The notes under the pieces were generated by a model that saw only the letters and a program-made list of their open reading frames with translations, did not search any database and was not told where the DNA came from. From contig NC_006138.1 in NCBI RefSeq assembly GCF_000025945.1, positions 3,090,001 to 3,122,000 on the forward strand: a DNA stretch of 32,000 nucleotides, written 5' to 3'. Positions 9,858-18,136 of the stretch are shown one piece after another (position 1 is the stretch's first letter; each line of letters starts with the position of its first letter). The translations under genes and the position numbers were made by a program. The DNA comes from Desulfotalea psychrophila LSv54. Lineage in GTDB: Bacteria; Desulfobacterota; Desulfobulbia; Desulfobulbales; Desulfocapsaceae.

Positions 9858-11567
9858 ATGGCTACAAATGAGCGTATAGAAGAAAAGGGCGAAGAGGAAC
9901 ACAAAAAGACTCTCGACTTTATCAGACAGATCATTGCAGAAGACCTGCGCACAGGAAAACATAAACAGCCGGTGACCCGTTTTCCGCCTGAGCCCAATGG
10001 ATTTCTCCATATCGGTCATGCAAAATCAATCTGCCTCAATTTTGGCATTGGCCAGGAGAATAACAGCCCCTGCCATCTTCGTTTTGACGATACCAACCCA
10101 AGCAAGGAGGAGAGCATCTACGTTGACTCCATCAAAAAGGATGTCTCCTGGCTCGGTTTTGATTGGGGCGAAGACCTGTTCTTTTCCTCCAACTACTTTG
10201 AGCAGATATACGATTATGCCCTGCAGCTGATCAAAATGGGTAAGGCCTATGTCTGCCAGCTCAATGCTGAGCAGATGAGAGAATACCGAGGCACCCTGAC
10301 CGAGCCGGGTAAGGATAGCCCCTACCGCGATCGCGCCATTGCAGAGAACCTCGACCTTTTCGAGCGCATGGCCAGGGGAGAGTTTGACGAGGGCAGTCAC
10401 GTGCTCCGCGCCAAGATTGATATGGCCTCACCCAATATCAACCTGCGGGATCCCATTATTTACCGCATCCTCAAGATAGAGCACCACCGTACCGGCGATA
10501 AGTGGCAGATCTATCCCATGTACGATTTTACCCACGCCCTCTCCGATGCCATCGAGGGAATAACCCACTCCCTCTGTACTCTGGAGTTCCAGGACCATCG
10601 CCCTCTCTACGACTGGGTACTGGATACCCTGGCGACCCCCTGCCACCCCCGGCAGATAGAATTTGCCCGCCTCAACCTTACCTATACGGTAATGAGTAAG
10701 CGAAAACTCCTGCAGATGGTTCAGAAAAACTATGTAAGTGGCTGGGATGATCCCCGCATGCTGACCATCTCCGGTCTGCGTCGTCGAGGCTATACCCCTG
10801 CATCCATCCGTAACTTCTGTGCAGAAATTGGTCTTGCCAAGAGAGAGAGCTGGATCGAGATGGGCGTATTGGAGAACGAGATACGAAACGACCTCAACCC
10901 CAGCGCCCAACGGGCCATGTGTGTCCTTGATCCAATAAAACTAATCATTGACAACTATCCTGAAGAGAAGGAAGAGGAGGTGGTTGCCAAAATCCACCCA
11001 CAAAATCCAGAGATGGGTACCAAGACCCTGCCCTTCTCCCGAGAACTCTATATCGAACGTAATGATTTTATGGAGAACCCTCCAGGAAAATTCCGCCGTC
11101 TCGGACCAGGCAAAGAGGTTCGCCTGCGCTACGGCTATTATATACAGTACGCATCCCACCTAAAGGACGAGACAACAGGGGAAATCACAGAGATCCACTG
11201 TACCTACGACCCTGAAAGCCGAGGTGGTTCTTCACCCGATGGCCGTAAGGTAAAGGGCACCATCCACTGGGTTTCTGCCAAGCATGCTCTTGACTGTACC
11301 GTTCACCTCTACGATCGTCTCTTTAACGTGGAGAATCCCGATGCGGACAAGGAAGTTGACTTCCTTGAGCACCTTAACAAAGACTCCAAGCTTGTCCTCC
11401 GACATGCCAAGGCGGAACCTGCCCTGGCGACACTCCCCGTTGGAGAGAGTGTCCAGTTTGAGCGACAGGGATATTTTTGCGTAGATTCTGTGGACTCCAC
11501 AGAGGAGAATATTGTCTTCAACCGGGTTGTCACCCTGCGTGATTCCTGGGCCAAGATCAACAAATAG
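9858..11567 (+). CDS. glnS: Glutaminyl-tRNA synthetase
   Basis: 569-aa ORF with HIGH motif [12 protein letters not shown], a VMSKR (KMSKS-type) motif and a GlnRS-type C-terminal domain ending ...[10 protein letters not shown]. Confidence 0.95.
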   Translation: MATNERIEEKGEEEHKKTLDFIRQIIAEDLRTGKHKQPVTRFPPEPNGFLHIGHAKSICLNFGIGQENNSPCHLRFDDTNPSKEESIYVDSIKKDVSWLGFDWGEDLFFSSNYFEQIYDYALQLIKMGKAYVCQLNAEQMREYRGTLTEPGKDSPYRDRAIAENLDLFERMARGEFDEGSHVLRAKIDMASPNINLRDPIIYRILKIEHHRTGDKWQIYPMYDFTHALSDAIEGITHSLCTLEFQDHRPLYDWVLDTLATPCHPRQIEFARLNLTYTVMSKRKLLQMVQKNYVSGWDDPRMLTISGLRRRGYTPASIRNFCAEIGLAKRESWIEMGVLENEIRNDLNPSAQRAMCVLDPIKLIIDNYPEEKEEEVVAKIHPQNPEMGTKTLPFSRELYIERNDFMENPPGKFRRLGPGKEVRLRYGYYIQYASHLKDETTGEITEIHCTYDPESRGGSSPDGRKVKGTIHWVSAKHALDCTVHLYDRLFNVENPDADKEVDFLEHLNKDSKLVLRHAKAEPALATLPVGESVQFERQGYFCVDSVDSTEENIVFNRVVTLRDSWAKINK

Positions 11568-11575
11568 ATAGATAT

Positions 11576-11613
11576 GGAGAGGCGGGCATCGGGACAGCCC
11601 AGCCCGCCTCCTC
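11576..11613. terminator. GC-rich hairpin between convergent glnS and the DUF4177-like gene
   Basis: GAGGCGGGC (11579..11587) pairs perfectly with GCCCGCCTC (11602..11610) across a 14-nt loop. There is no clear U-tract on either strand. Confidence 0.45.
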
Positions 11614-11623
11614 ATTCCAGCTC

Positions 11624-12091
11624 CTACTCTATCCGTATTGCGCCTATGTCCCGACAAGAGGCCTCTTCGTCTGTTTCCTCGTCCCTCTTTTCGTGGACAG
11701 TCTCAAAAAAATCAGACGCAACAGGGTCAGTGACAGGCCGACCATCTCCGGCCTCCACTTCATCTTCTTCCTGATCCTGATCGGCAAATATCGCCCGCAG
11801 ATCCGTCTCGCTGAGTTGCGAAGACTCTTTGCCAGAGCAAATTTCTTCCAGAGAAGCTGATGCCTCCACCTCTTCCTGAACAGGTTGCTGCGATAAATCT
11901 TTCTCCTCAAGTACCGGTCTCTTCAAAACAGTAATAACCCCATCACGTACCTCTAAAAGAGAGATAAGCTACCAAGCCAACTGCCCATATTCGTTAAGGG
12001 ATTTTTCAATGTCATTCTCATCCAGAAAGGCGCTGCCAAGCAGTCCCTCCTTCTTTAGCCCACAATGAATGGTCTTATACTCCCACTGCAT
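11624..12091 (-). pseudogene. DUF4177-like protein with an acidic C-terminal tail, interrupted by an in-frame TAG at 11971..11969
   Basis: My codon-by-codon translation from ATG 12091 gives MQWEYKTIHCGLKKEGLLGSAFLDENDIEKSLNEYGQLAW-TAG-LISLLEVRDGVITVLKRPVLEEKDL..., ending at TAG 11626..11624. The frame is unchanged across the stop. A G6 Shine-Dalgarno lies 5 nt upstream of the ATG. Confidence 0.65.
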
Positions 12092-12132
12092 CACATCCCC
12101 CCTATCCAACCATTATCATAGAACAATACCCC

Positions 12133-13338
12133 TCAGGGTATTGTCTTTATCAATTTATCACGGAAGAAAATTCCTCGGAAATGCTGACCATCCAGATCAA
12201 ACAGACGGCCCTCTCCCTGCTGATAACCCTCCTCAAAGGCGCCCTCATAGATGCGCCCATCACCATAGGTGAGAACGCCACGACCATGAAATAGCCCATC
12301 GACAAGGCTACCAAAATAAGAATCACCGTTTACTAAAATAAGACGGCCCTCCCCAGTCATCTCTCCCTGGACAAAATCCCCCTCATAATAACGGCCATCG
12401 GCAAATTGGACCCTGGCAAAACCCTCAAGCTTTCCACCTGCCCTCTTATCAATATCACCAATAACTTTATAGGAGGCATCTCCTGATAACGGAGACTCCC
12501 CTAACAGATCCACAGAATGGGCTTCAGACGATAAGCCAGAGGCCGAGGGACGACCAAAAAGCCCCTTTAATATCGTTCCATCGACACGAATCAACTCTCC
12601 CTCTCCCTGCATCAGCCCAGAGACAAAATTCCCCCGATAACGACTGCCATCGGCAAAGGTACATTGCCCCCAGCCCATCTTCTCCCCCGCCACAAAATCG
12701 CCCTGATACCGACTACCATCCACCGCCTGATAAAGCCCCTGACCATGCATCTTGCCGGCTAAAAATCCACCTCGATAACGATCGCCATTGGCAAGATTCA
12801 GCACGCCTCTACCTTCGGGCAAACCTTTAACCAACTCGCCATTATACCTTGCCCCATCGACATAGACCAAGCTGCCCCTTCCCTCAATCAGATTATCACG
12901 GAAAGTCCCCCGGTATTTTCTGCCATCGGCAAAGAACAGAAGACCGTCACCGTGCAACCGACCAAGATCAAATTCTCCACTGTACTGACCACCACCTGGA
13001 TAGGTCAATACACCGAGACCGTCAATAAGATTATTCCTAAAGCTTCCCCTGTAGACCCGGCCATCGGCACTCTTCAGATAACCACTGCCATCCATAAAGC
13101 CATGAACAAAACTCCCCCGATAGGTGCTCCCATCAGAGAAGGTCAATAGGCCCTCGCCATGGGGTAAGCCATCTGCAAATGCCCCCTGATAAAGCCCTCC
13201 ATCGCTACTCTGAAAGGCCCCCAGCCCACCTTGACAGTCACCCTCAACACAGTCAGCCACCAGATAGGCAGAAAATGTGAAAACAAAGAAAAAGCAGACA
13301 GAAAGTTGCAGGAGCCACTTGATTACATTTTTTCTCAT
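12133..13338 (-). CDS. Secreted MORN-repeat protein
   Basis: 401-aa ORF with an N-terminal signal-like segment MRKNVIKWLLQLSVCFFFVFTFSAYLVA. It has nine contiguous 23-residue units of the type YxGxFxxGxxxGxGxxxxxDG, a ~50-aa linker, and three more units. Confidence 0.85.
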   Translation of the reverse strand: MRKNVIKWLLQLSVCFFFVFTFSAYLVADCVEGDCQGGLGAFQSSDGGLYQGAFADGLPHGEGLLTFSDGSTYRGSFVHGFMDGSGYLKSADGRVYRGSFRNNLIDGLGVLTYPGGGQYSGEFDLGRLHGDGLLFFADGRKYRGTFRDNLIEGRGSLVYVDGARYNGELVKGLPEGRGVLNLANGDRYRGGFLAGKMHGQGLYQAVDGSRYQGDFVAGEKMGWGQCTFADGSRYRGNFVSGLMQGEGELIRVDGTILKGLFGRPSASGLSSEAHSVDLLGESPLSGDASYKVIGDIDKRAGGKLEGFARVQFADGRYYEGDFVQGEMTGEGRLILVNGDSYFGSLVDGLFHGRGVLTYGDGRIYEGAFEEGYQQGEGRLFDLDGQHFRGIFFRDKLIKTIP

Positions 13339-13362
13339 AAACTATCGCAGGGAGCACGCAGA

Positions 13363-13569
13363 TCAGGCATAACGCTTTGTCGGCAATGGCGGAGATGGAC
13401 TCTGATTTTTAGGGGTAAACAGCTGGCAACGAATTGCAGAAGAGGCATAGACCACGATACTCGGGCGATTCTTACTTTTAAAATTCAAAGCCTTACAACC
13501 GTAAGGCTTTGCATAATCATAGGTCAGAAAAAAATGTATGCATCGATTACATATGGGGTTTTGCGACAT
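13363..13569 (-). CDS. Small Cys-containing hypothetical protein (68 aa)
   Basis: ATG start 15 nt after the SixA-like stop; its own stop lies 24 nt before the MORN gene start, which is operon-like packing. Sequence: MSQNPICNRCIHFFLTYDYAKPYGCKALNFKSKNRPS... with Cys at positions 7, 10, 25 and 48. No family is assigned with confidence. Confidence 0.5.
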   Translation of the reverse strand: MSQNPICNRCIHFFLTYDYAKPYGCKALNFKSKNRPSIVVYASSAIRCQLFTPKNQSPSPPLPTKRYA

Positions 13570-13584
13570 AGCTCATTATTATTT

Positions 13585-14094
13585 TCAGGAAACAAGAAGG
13601 GGACTGTCCACATTTTTAGGGTAATCAAAAAAAACCATCCTGCCAGCGGACTGCCGTTGCACATCTTGAAAACTTTCTAACTCAATGGCAACAACACCTG
13701 CTGTAGGAATATTCTCAATCCCAGCCCCAGTAAGATATTCGGCAAAGTCAGTGATTACCCCATTGTGTCCAACCAGGGCAACAGAATCCACCTGCCGAAG
13801 ATAATCTAAACAGTTTTTACTATACTCTTCAACATCTGTAAGATAAAGGTTATAGCTAAAAACAATATTTTTTCGCGGATAACCCAACCGCTTTGCTATA
13901 CGGCGTGTAGTTGAGCGGGCCCTCTTGGCAGGACTTGAGATAATAAGATCAAAGGCCAGGCCTGCTCCACGCAGGCGACGCCCCATTTCACGACTATTCT
14001 CCTTGCCCCTCTTACTTAGGGGACGGTCATAATCCGCATACTCAAGATCCAACCAACTCGATTTTCCATGTCGTATAAGATAAAGAGTCTTCAT
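13585..14094 (-). CDS. sixA: Histidine-phosphatase-family protein (SixA-like phosphohistidine phosphatase)
   Basis: 169-aa ORF with the catalytic RHG motif (LIRHGKS), SSPAKRA and a second His region LVGHNG. Confidence 0.8.
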   Translation of the reverse strand: MKTLYLIRHGKSSWLDLEYADYDRPLSKRGKENSREMGRRLRGAGLAFDLIISSPAKRARSTTRRIAKRLGYPRKNIVFSYNLYLTDVEEYSKNCLDYLRQVDSVALVGHNGVITDFAEYLTGAGIENIPTAGVVAIELESFQDVQRQSAGRMVFFDYPKNVDSPLLVS

Positions 14095-14192
14095 AAATAT
14101 CCTTTGAGTAAAAACTATATGAATATACTATCAATAGTACCTATTATCCCTAAAGCACAAACAAGACAAAATAGCAAAAAACTCAAAATTGT

Positions 14193-15374
14193 TTAGCTAC
14201 GATAATCCGCATTAATTTTCACATAATCTATCGAAAAATCACAGGTATAAACTTCCTCACAACATTTTCCACTTTTTAAATCAATACAGACAGTAATCTC
14301 TTTTTCTTTCAAAATTGCCGTTGCCGTATCCTCGGCCGACCTGCCCACTGCCAGGCCATCACGAACAAGGGTAACATCGCCAAAGGAAATATCCACCTGA
14401 TATGGATCAAAGGGCACCCCGGCTCGGCCCATTGCCGCCAGAATACGGCCCCAGTTGGCATCTTCACCAAAGAATGCCGTCTTTACCAGGCTGGAATTGG
14501 CGACGGTGCGAGCTACCTGCTCTGCTTCGGCGTCTTCTCTTGCTCCACAAACCCGAATAGTAATCATCTTACTGGCGCCTTCACCATCGGCCACTATCTT
14601 CAGGGCAAGATCCATCAGTACATACTGCAGGGCGCCTTGAAAATCTTCAGCAGCCTGCGTACCTGATTTAATGGAGCTGTTTTGCGCACCACCATTGGCC
14701 ATAACCAACACCATATCATTGGTACTGGTATCACCATCGACGGTAATTCGATTAAAGGTCTTCTTCACAGCGGGGGTGAGAGCCTCTTTTAATTGGGCAG
14801 AGCCAATCTGAGCATCTGTTATAACAAAACTCAACATGGTGGCCATATTCGGCATAATCATGCCAGCGCCCTTGGCCATCCCCATAAAATGCACGTCCAC
14901 CCCATCAATTTCCACGGAGTGATAGCAGACCTTCTGCACCGTATCGGTGGTCATAATCGCCTGCGCAACCTTTTCAAAATTATCCGGGGCGAGTCCCTGT
15001 ACCAGTGGTGAAATATTGTCCCGAAAGGCCCGAACATTTAAGGGTTCGCCAATAACACCTGTAGAGGAGAGAAGAATATTTTCCGGTTTAATCTCAAGCT
15101 CTTTAGCCAATAGTTCACCTGTGACAAAGGCCACCTCCATCCCCGCTTCTCCCGTACAGGCATTAGCACAACCACTATTTACCAAAATCGCCTGAGCACA
15201 ACCATCTTCAAGACGATCTATATCAATCAGCACAGGCGCCGCCTTAACCAAACTGGTGGTAAGGGCACCCGCCGCTACCACCGGATGATCACTATAGATC
15301 AAACCTAAATCAAGTCGATCCTGATACCGTATACCCGCCTCTACCGCTGAAAAAGAAAAACCCTTAATTTCCAC
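14193..15374 (-). CDS. argJ: Bifunctional ornithine acetyltransferase / N-acetylglutamate synthase
   Basis: 393-aa ORF with a GTG start. It has the ArgJ self-cleavage region PNMATMLSFVITDA and ends ...YVKINADYRS. Confidence 0.92.
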   Translation of the reverse strand: MEIKGFSFSAVEAGIRYQDRLDLGLIYSDHPVVAAGALTTSLVKAAPVLIDIDRLEDGCAQAILVNSGCANACTGEAGMEVAFVTGELLAKELEIKPENILLSSTGVIGEPLNVRAFRDNISPLVQGLAPDNFEKVAQAIMTTDTVQKVCYHSVEIDGVDVHFMGMAKGAGMIMPNMATMLSFVITDAQIGSAQLKEALTPAVKKTFNRITVDGDTSTNDMVLVMANGGAQNSSIKSGTQAAEDFQGALQYVLMDLALKIVADGEGASKMITIRVCGAREDAEAEQVARTVANSSLVKTAFFGEDANWGRILAAMGRAGVPFDPYQVDISFGDVTLVRDGLAVGRSAEDTATAILKEKEITVCIDLKSGKCCEEVYTCDFSIDYVKINADYRS

Positions 15375-15631
15375 AAAGCACCTGCTCTTTTATTTAACCT
15401 AGTTTACTGTTCTTATAAAAACCAATTTCCTTCCTCAACAAGAAGAGGGAAAAAACCTTGCCCACAACCTCTCAATCCTGCCATAAAAATTTTTGCCTTG
15501 ATAAAAGGAACAAAAGCAAGAATAATTCAACCAGTCGAGATAACAGAAAATAGTTTACTATCTTCTCGCTAAATTCTACTAATCTAAACTGCATCAGTCT
15601 ACATACTTTTTACTACAAAGCAAACAAACAC

Positions 15632-17164
15632 ATGCAAATACAAGCGCTGCACTGGACCTCCCCACTGATCTCAACAGTTTTTTTCACCGCAGATCTCATC
15701 CTGCGCATTGGTCTCTCCCTACGGGTAATCATGTGTAAAAAAAACTATGGGGTTTCATACGCATGGTTGGTCGTTGTCCTTCTTGTCCCCTTTCTCGGCG
15801 GCCTGCTCTACCTCTGCTTCGGAGAAAATCGACTCTCCGAACGGCGAATCAAAAGAATACTCAAGGCAAAAAAATACTACTATAAGTGGTTGCAACAACT
15901 AGCCGAAGGCCCGCAGGTAGACTGGTCTGCGCTCAACCCTGAGTTTGCCCCCATCCAACTGCACACCCAAAACCTCGTTGGCATCCCCGCCATGGCTGGC
16001 AATAACATCAGCCTGCTCCACAGTCAGGACAATATACTGGACAGTATTATCAAAGACATAGAGGCATCACAGTCCACATGTCATCTCCAATTTTATATTT
16101 GGGAAGCTGGCGGCCGTATTAAAGAGATAAGCGAGGCCCTGATCAGAGCTAGGAAAAGAGGGGTCATCTGCCGAATACTACTGGACGCCATTGGCAGCAG
16201 AGGTTTTTTCAGCTCCGCCTCGGCCAGACGAATGGAGCAGGCAGGAATCAAAATTCAAGCATCCCTTCCCGCTGGCATATACAGGGCTATTTTTGCTCGA
16301 ATGGATATCCGTAACCATCGAAAAATTATCGTCATTGATGGCAAAATCGCCTATACGGGAAGCCAAAATATGGTTGACGCAATCTTCTTCAAACAAGAGA
16401 GCGGCGTAGGTCACTGGGTTGACATAGTCGCACGTATTCGTGGCCCTGTGGTAGAGACCCTTGCCGCGACCTTTGCCAGCGACTGGTACCTGGAGGCAGA
16501 GCAGGATACATTTCAGCAGATAGACGACGTACAGGAGTTGCGCCATATTGGCGACATATACCCACAAACTGCCCAAGGAACAAGCGCCGTCCAACTGGTA
16601 CCATCCGGTCCCGGTTTTACTCAGGATGCCATCCACAGCTTACTCCTCACCGTCATCTATTCCGCTCGCAAAGAGCTTATTATGACAACACCATACTTCA
16701 TCCCCGATGAGTCTCTGCTCACTGCTCTAAAAGCTGCTGCCCTGCGTGGGGTCCGGGTTATTTTAATAATTCCCCAGAGCAATGATTCAAAACTCGTCAA
16801 ATATGCCAGCCGGGCAAAGTACGATGACCTCACCTACGCCGGAGTGGAAATAATGCTCTTTAATGGCGGACTCCTCCACTCAAAGACCATCACCGTTGAC
16901 GGTGATCTGGCCCTCTTTGGCTCGGTAAACCTTGATATGCGAAGTTTTTGGCTTAACTTCGAGGTAACACTGGTGATCTATTGCAGAGAGACAACCCAGG
17001 ACATTCGACGGGCACAGATGGCATACCTACGACAATCAGCCCCTCTTGACCTCCGCCATTTTCACCGTCGTCACTTCTTTGAGAAACTCAAAGAAAACTG
17101 TGCACTACTGGTTTCACCCACTACTATAACGCACCCCAACAACTGTTCAGCGCAACAGTTATAG
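15632..17164 (+). CDS. cls: Cardiolipin synthase (ClsA type), with an atypical C-terminal tail
   Basis: Two N-terminal TM segments and two HKD motifs (HRKIIVIDG...GSQN and HSKTITVDG...GSVN). The C-terminus reads ...LLVSPTTITHPNNCSAQQL; see the finding at 17111..17164. Confidence 0.92.
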   Translation: MQIQALHWTSPLISTVFFTADLILRIGLSLRVIMCKKNYGVSYAWLVVVLLVPFLGGLLYLCFGENRLSERRIKRILKAKKYYYKWLQQLAEGPQVDWSALNPEFAPIQLHTQNLVGIPAMAGNNISLLHSQDNILDSIIKDIEASQSTCHLQFYIWEAGGRIKEISEALIRARKRGVICRILLDAIGSRGFFSSASARRMEQAGIKIQASLPAGIYRAIFARMDIRNHRKIIVIDGKIAYTGSQNMVDAIFFKQESGVGHWVDIVARIRGPVVETLAATFASDWYLEAEQDTFQQIDDVQELRHIGDIYPQTAQGTSAVQLVPSGPGFTQDAIHSLLLTVIYSARKELIMTTPYFIPDESLLTALKAAALRGVRVILIIPQSNDSKLVKYASRAKYDDLTYAGVEIMLFNGGLLHSKTITVDGDLALFGSVNLDMRSFWLNFEVTLVIYCRETTQDIRRAQMAYLRQSAPLDLRHFHRRHFFEKLKENCALLVSPTTITHPNNCSAQQL

Positions 17165-17192
17165 ATTTTCACCCCTAAGTTTGGAAGAAAAT

Positions 17193-18089
17193 ATGAAAAA
17201 AAAATCTGTAAAAGAAGCTGCCAAAAAGATCCAGCTTCTGGAAGACACCGCCCTCAAGAGCCTGGAACAAAAAAATGGTAAGAACAAAACCTCCCTATGG
17301 GTAAAGAACAGCCAAATTGAATACGAGCTGGAGCTGAAAAAACTGCAGATAGAGCTCATGAAGCTCCAATCATCCATGCAGAAAAGTGGTCAGAGGGTGC
17401 TGGCTATCTTTGAGGGCAGAGATGCAGCAGGCAAGGGTGGAACGATAAAGCGTATCACCGCTCACCTCAACCCACGCTATGCCCGGGTTATTGCCCTGCC
17501 AAAACCCAACGAGACCGAGAAAACCCAGTGGTATTTCCAGCGATATACAAACCATCTTCCCGCATCTTCAGAATTTATTATCTTTGACCGAAGTTGGTAT
17601 AATAGGGCCATGGTTGAGCCGGTTATGGGCTTTTGCAGTGATGAACAAAACAAGCGCTTTTTAAAGGATGCACCCCTGTTGGAGGAAATGCTGGTTAAAG
17701 ATGGAATCAAACTCTTTAAATTTTATTTTTCTGTCTCAAAATCAGTACAAAAAGAGCGCTTTGACTCCAGAAAAGAGGACCCCCTCAAACATTACAAGAT
17801 CTCTCCGGTGGACAAGCTTGCCCAAAAATATTGGGATCAGTACTCTGTACGAAAATTTCAGATGCTCACCGAAACCAACAGAACCCTTGCTCCCTGGACA
17901 ATTATTCGTTCGGACAATAAAAAAATCGCTCGACTCAACTGCATCAAACATATTCTCAGCTCCATGGATTATGAGGGCAAGATCAGCAAAAAAGACCTCC
18001 AACCCGATCCTAAAATCATTATCTCCGGCATCGATGAACTCCGCCATATGGAAAAAAATCTGATGCAGCCCAAAAGTCTACGCGGCTAG
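17193..18089 (+). CDS. ppk2: Polyphosphate kinase 2
   Basis: PPK2 Walker A FEGRDAAGKGGTI and lid region DRSWYNR. I chose ATG 17193 (MKKKSVKEA...); the ORF-track start at 17181 is a TTG. Confidence 0.9.
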   Translation: MKKKSVKEAAKKIQLLEDTALKSLEQKNGKNKTSLWVKNSQIEYELELKKLQIELMKLQSSMQKSGQRVLAIFEGRDAAGKGGTIKRITAHLNPRYARVIALPKPNETEKTQWYFQRYTNHLPASSEFIIFDRSWYNRAMVEPVMGFCSDEQNKRFLKDAPLLEEMLVKDGIKLFKFYFSVSKSVQKERFDSRKEDPLKHYKISPVDKLAQKYWDQYSVRKFQMLTETNRTLAPWTIIRSDNKKIARLNCIKHILSSMDYEGKISKKDLQPDPKIIISGIDELRHMEKNLMQPKSLRG

Positions 18090-18106
18090 GCCAGATTGGC
18101 CAAAAC

Positions 18107-18131
18107 GTAAGGCAGGACCATCCTGCCTTAC
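18107..18131. terminator. Hairpin between convergent ppk2 and the radical SAM gene
   Basis: GTAAGGCAGGA-cca-TCCTGCCTTAC, a perfect 10-11 bp stem. GTTTT follows it on the minus strand. A second small hairpin, GGCCAgatTGGCC, lies at 18089..18101. Confidence 0.6.
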
Positions 18132-18136
18132 AAACT

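Noticed and set aside
11969-11971. Whether the in-frame TAG is a pyrrolysine or otherwise reassigned sense codon.
   Set aside because: TAG terminates at least seven well-defined genes in this window, including the same ORF. No pyl genes are visible here, and the family has Glu at this position. Nonsense mutation or sequencing error is the economical reading. I kept read-through only as a minor alternative.
15400-15566. A direct repeat, TAGTTTACTGT / TAGTTTACTAT, in the argJ-cls divergent spacer. I considered it as a possible operator (ARG box).
   Set aside because: Only a 9-mer is exact. My rough estimate is about a 10% chance of such a repeat in a 257-bp AT-rich spacer. It does not resemble the ARG-box consensus I know.
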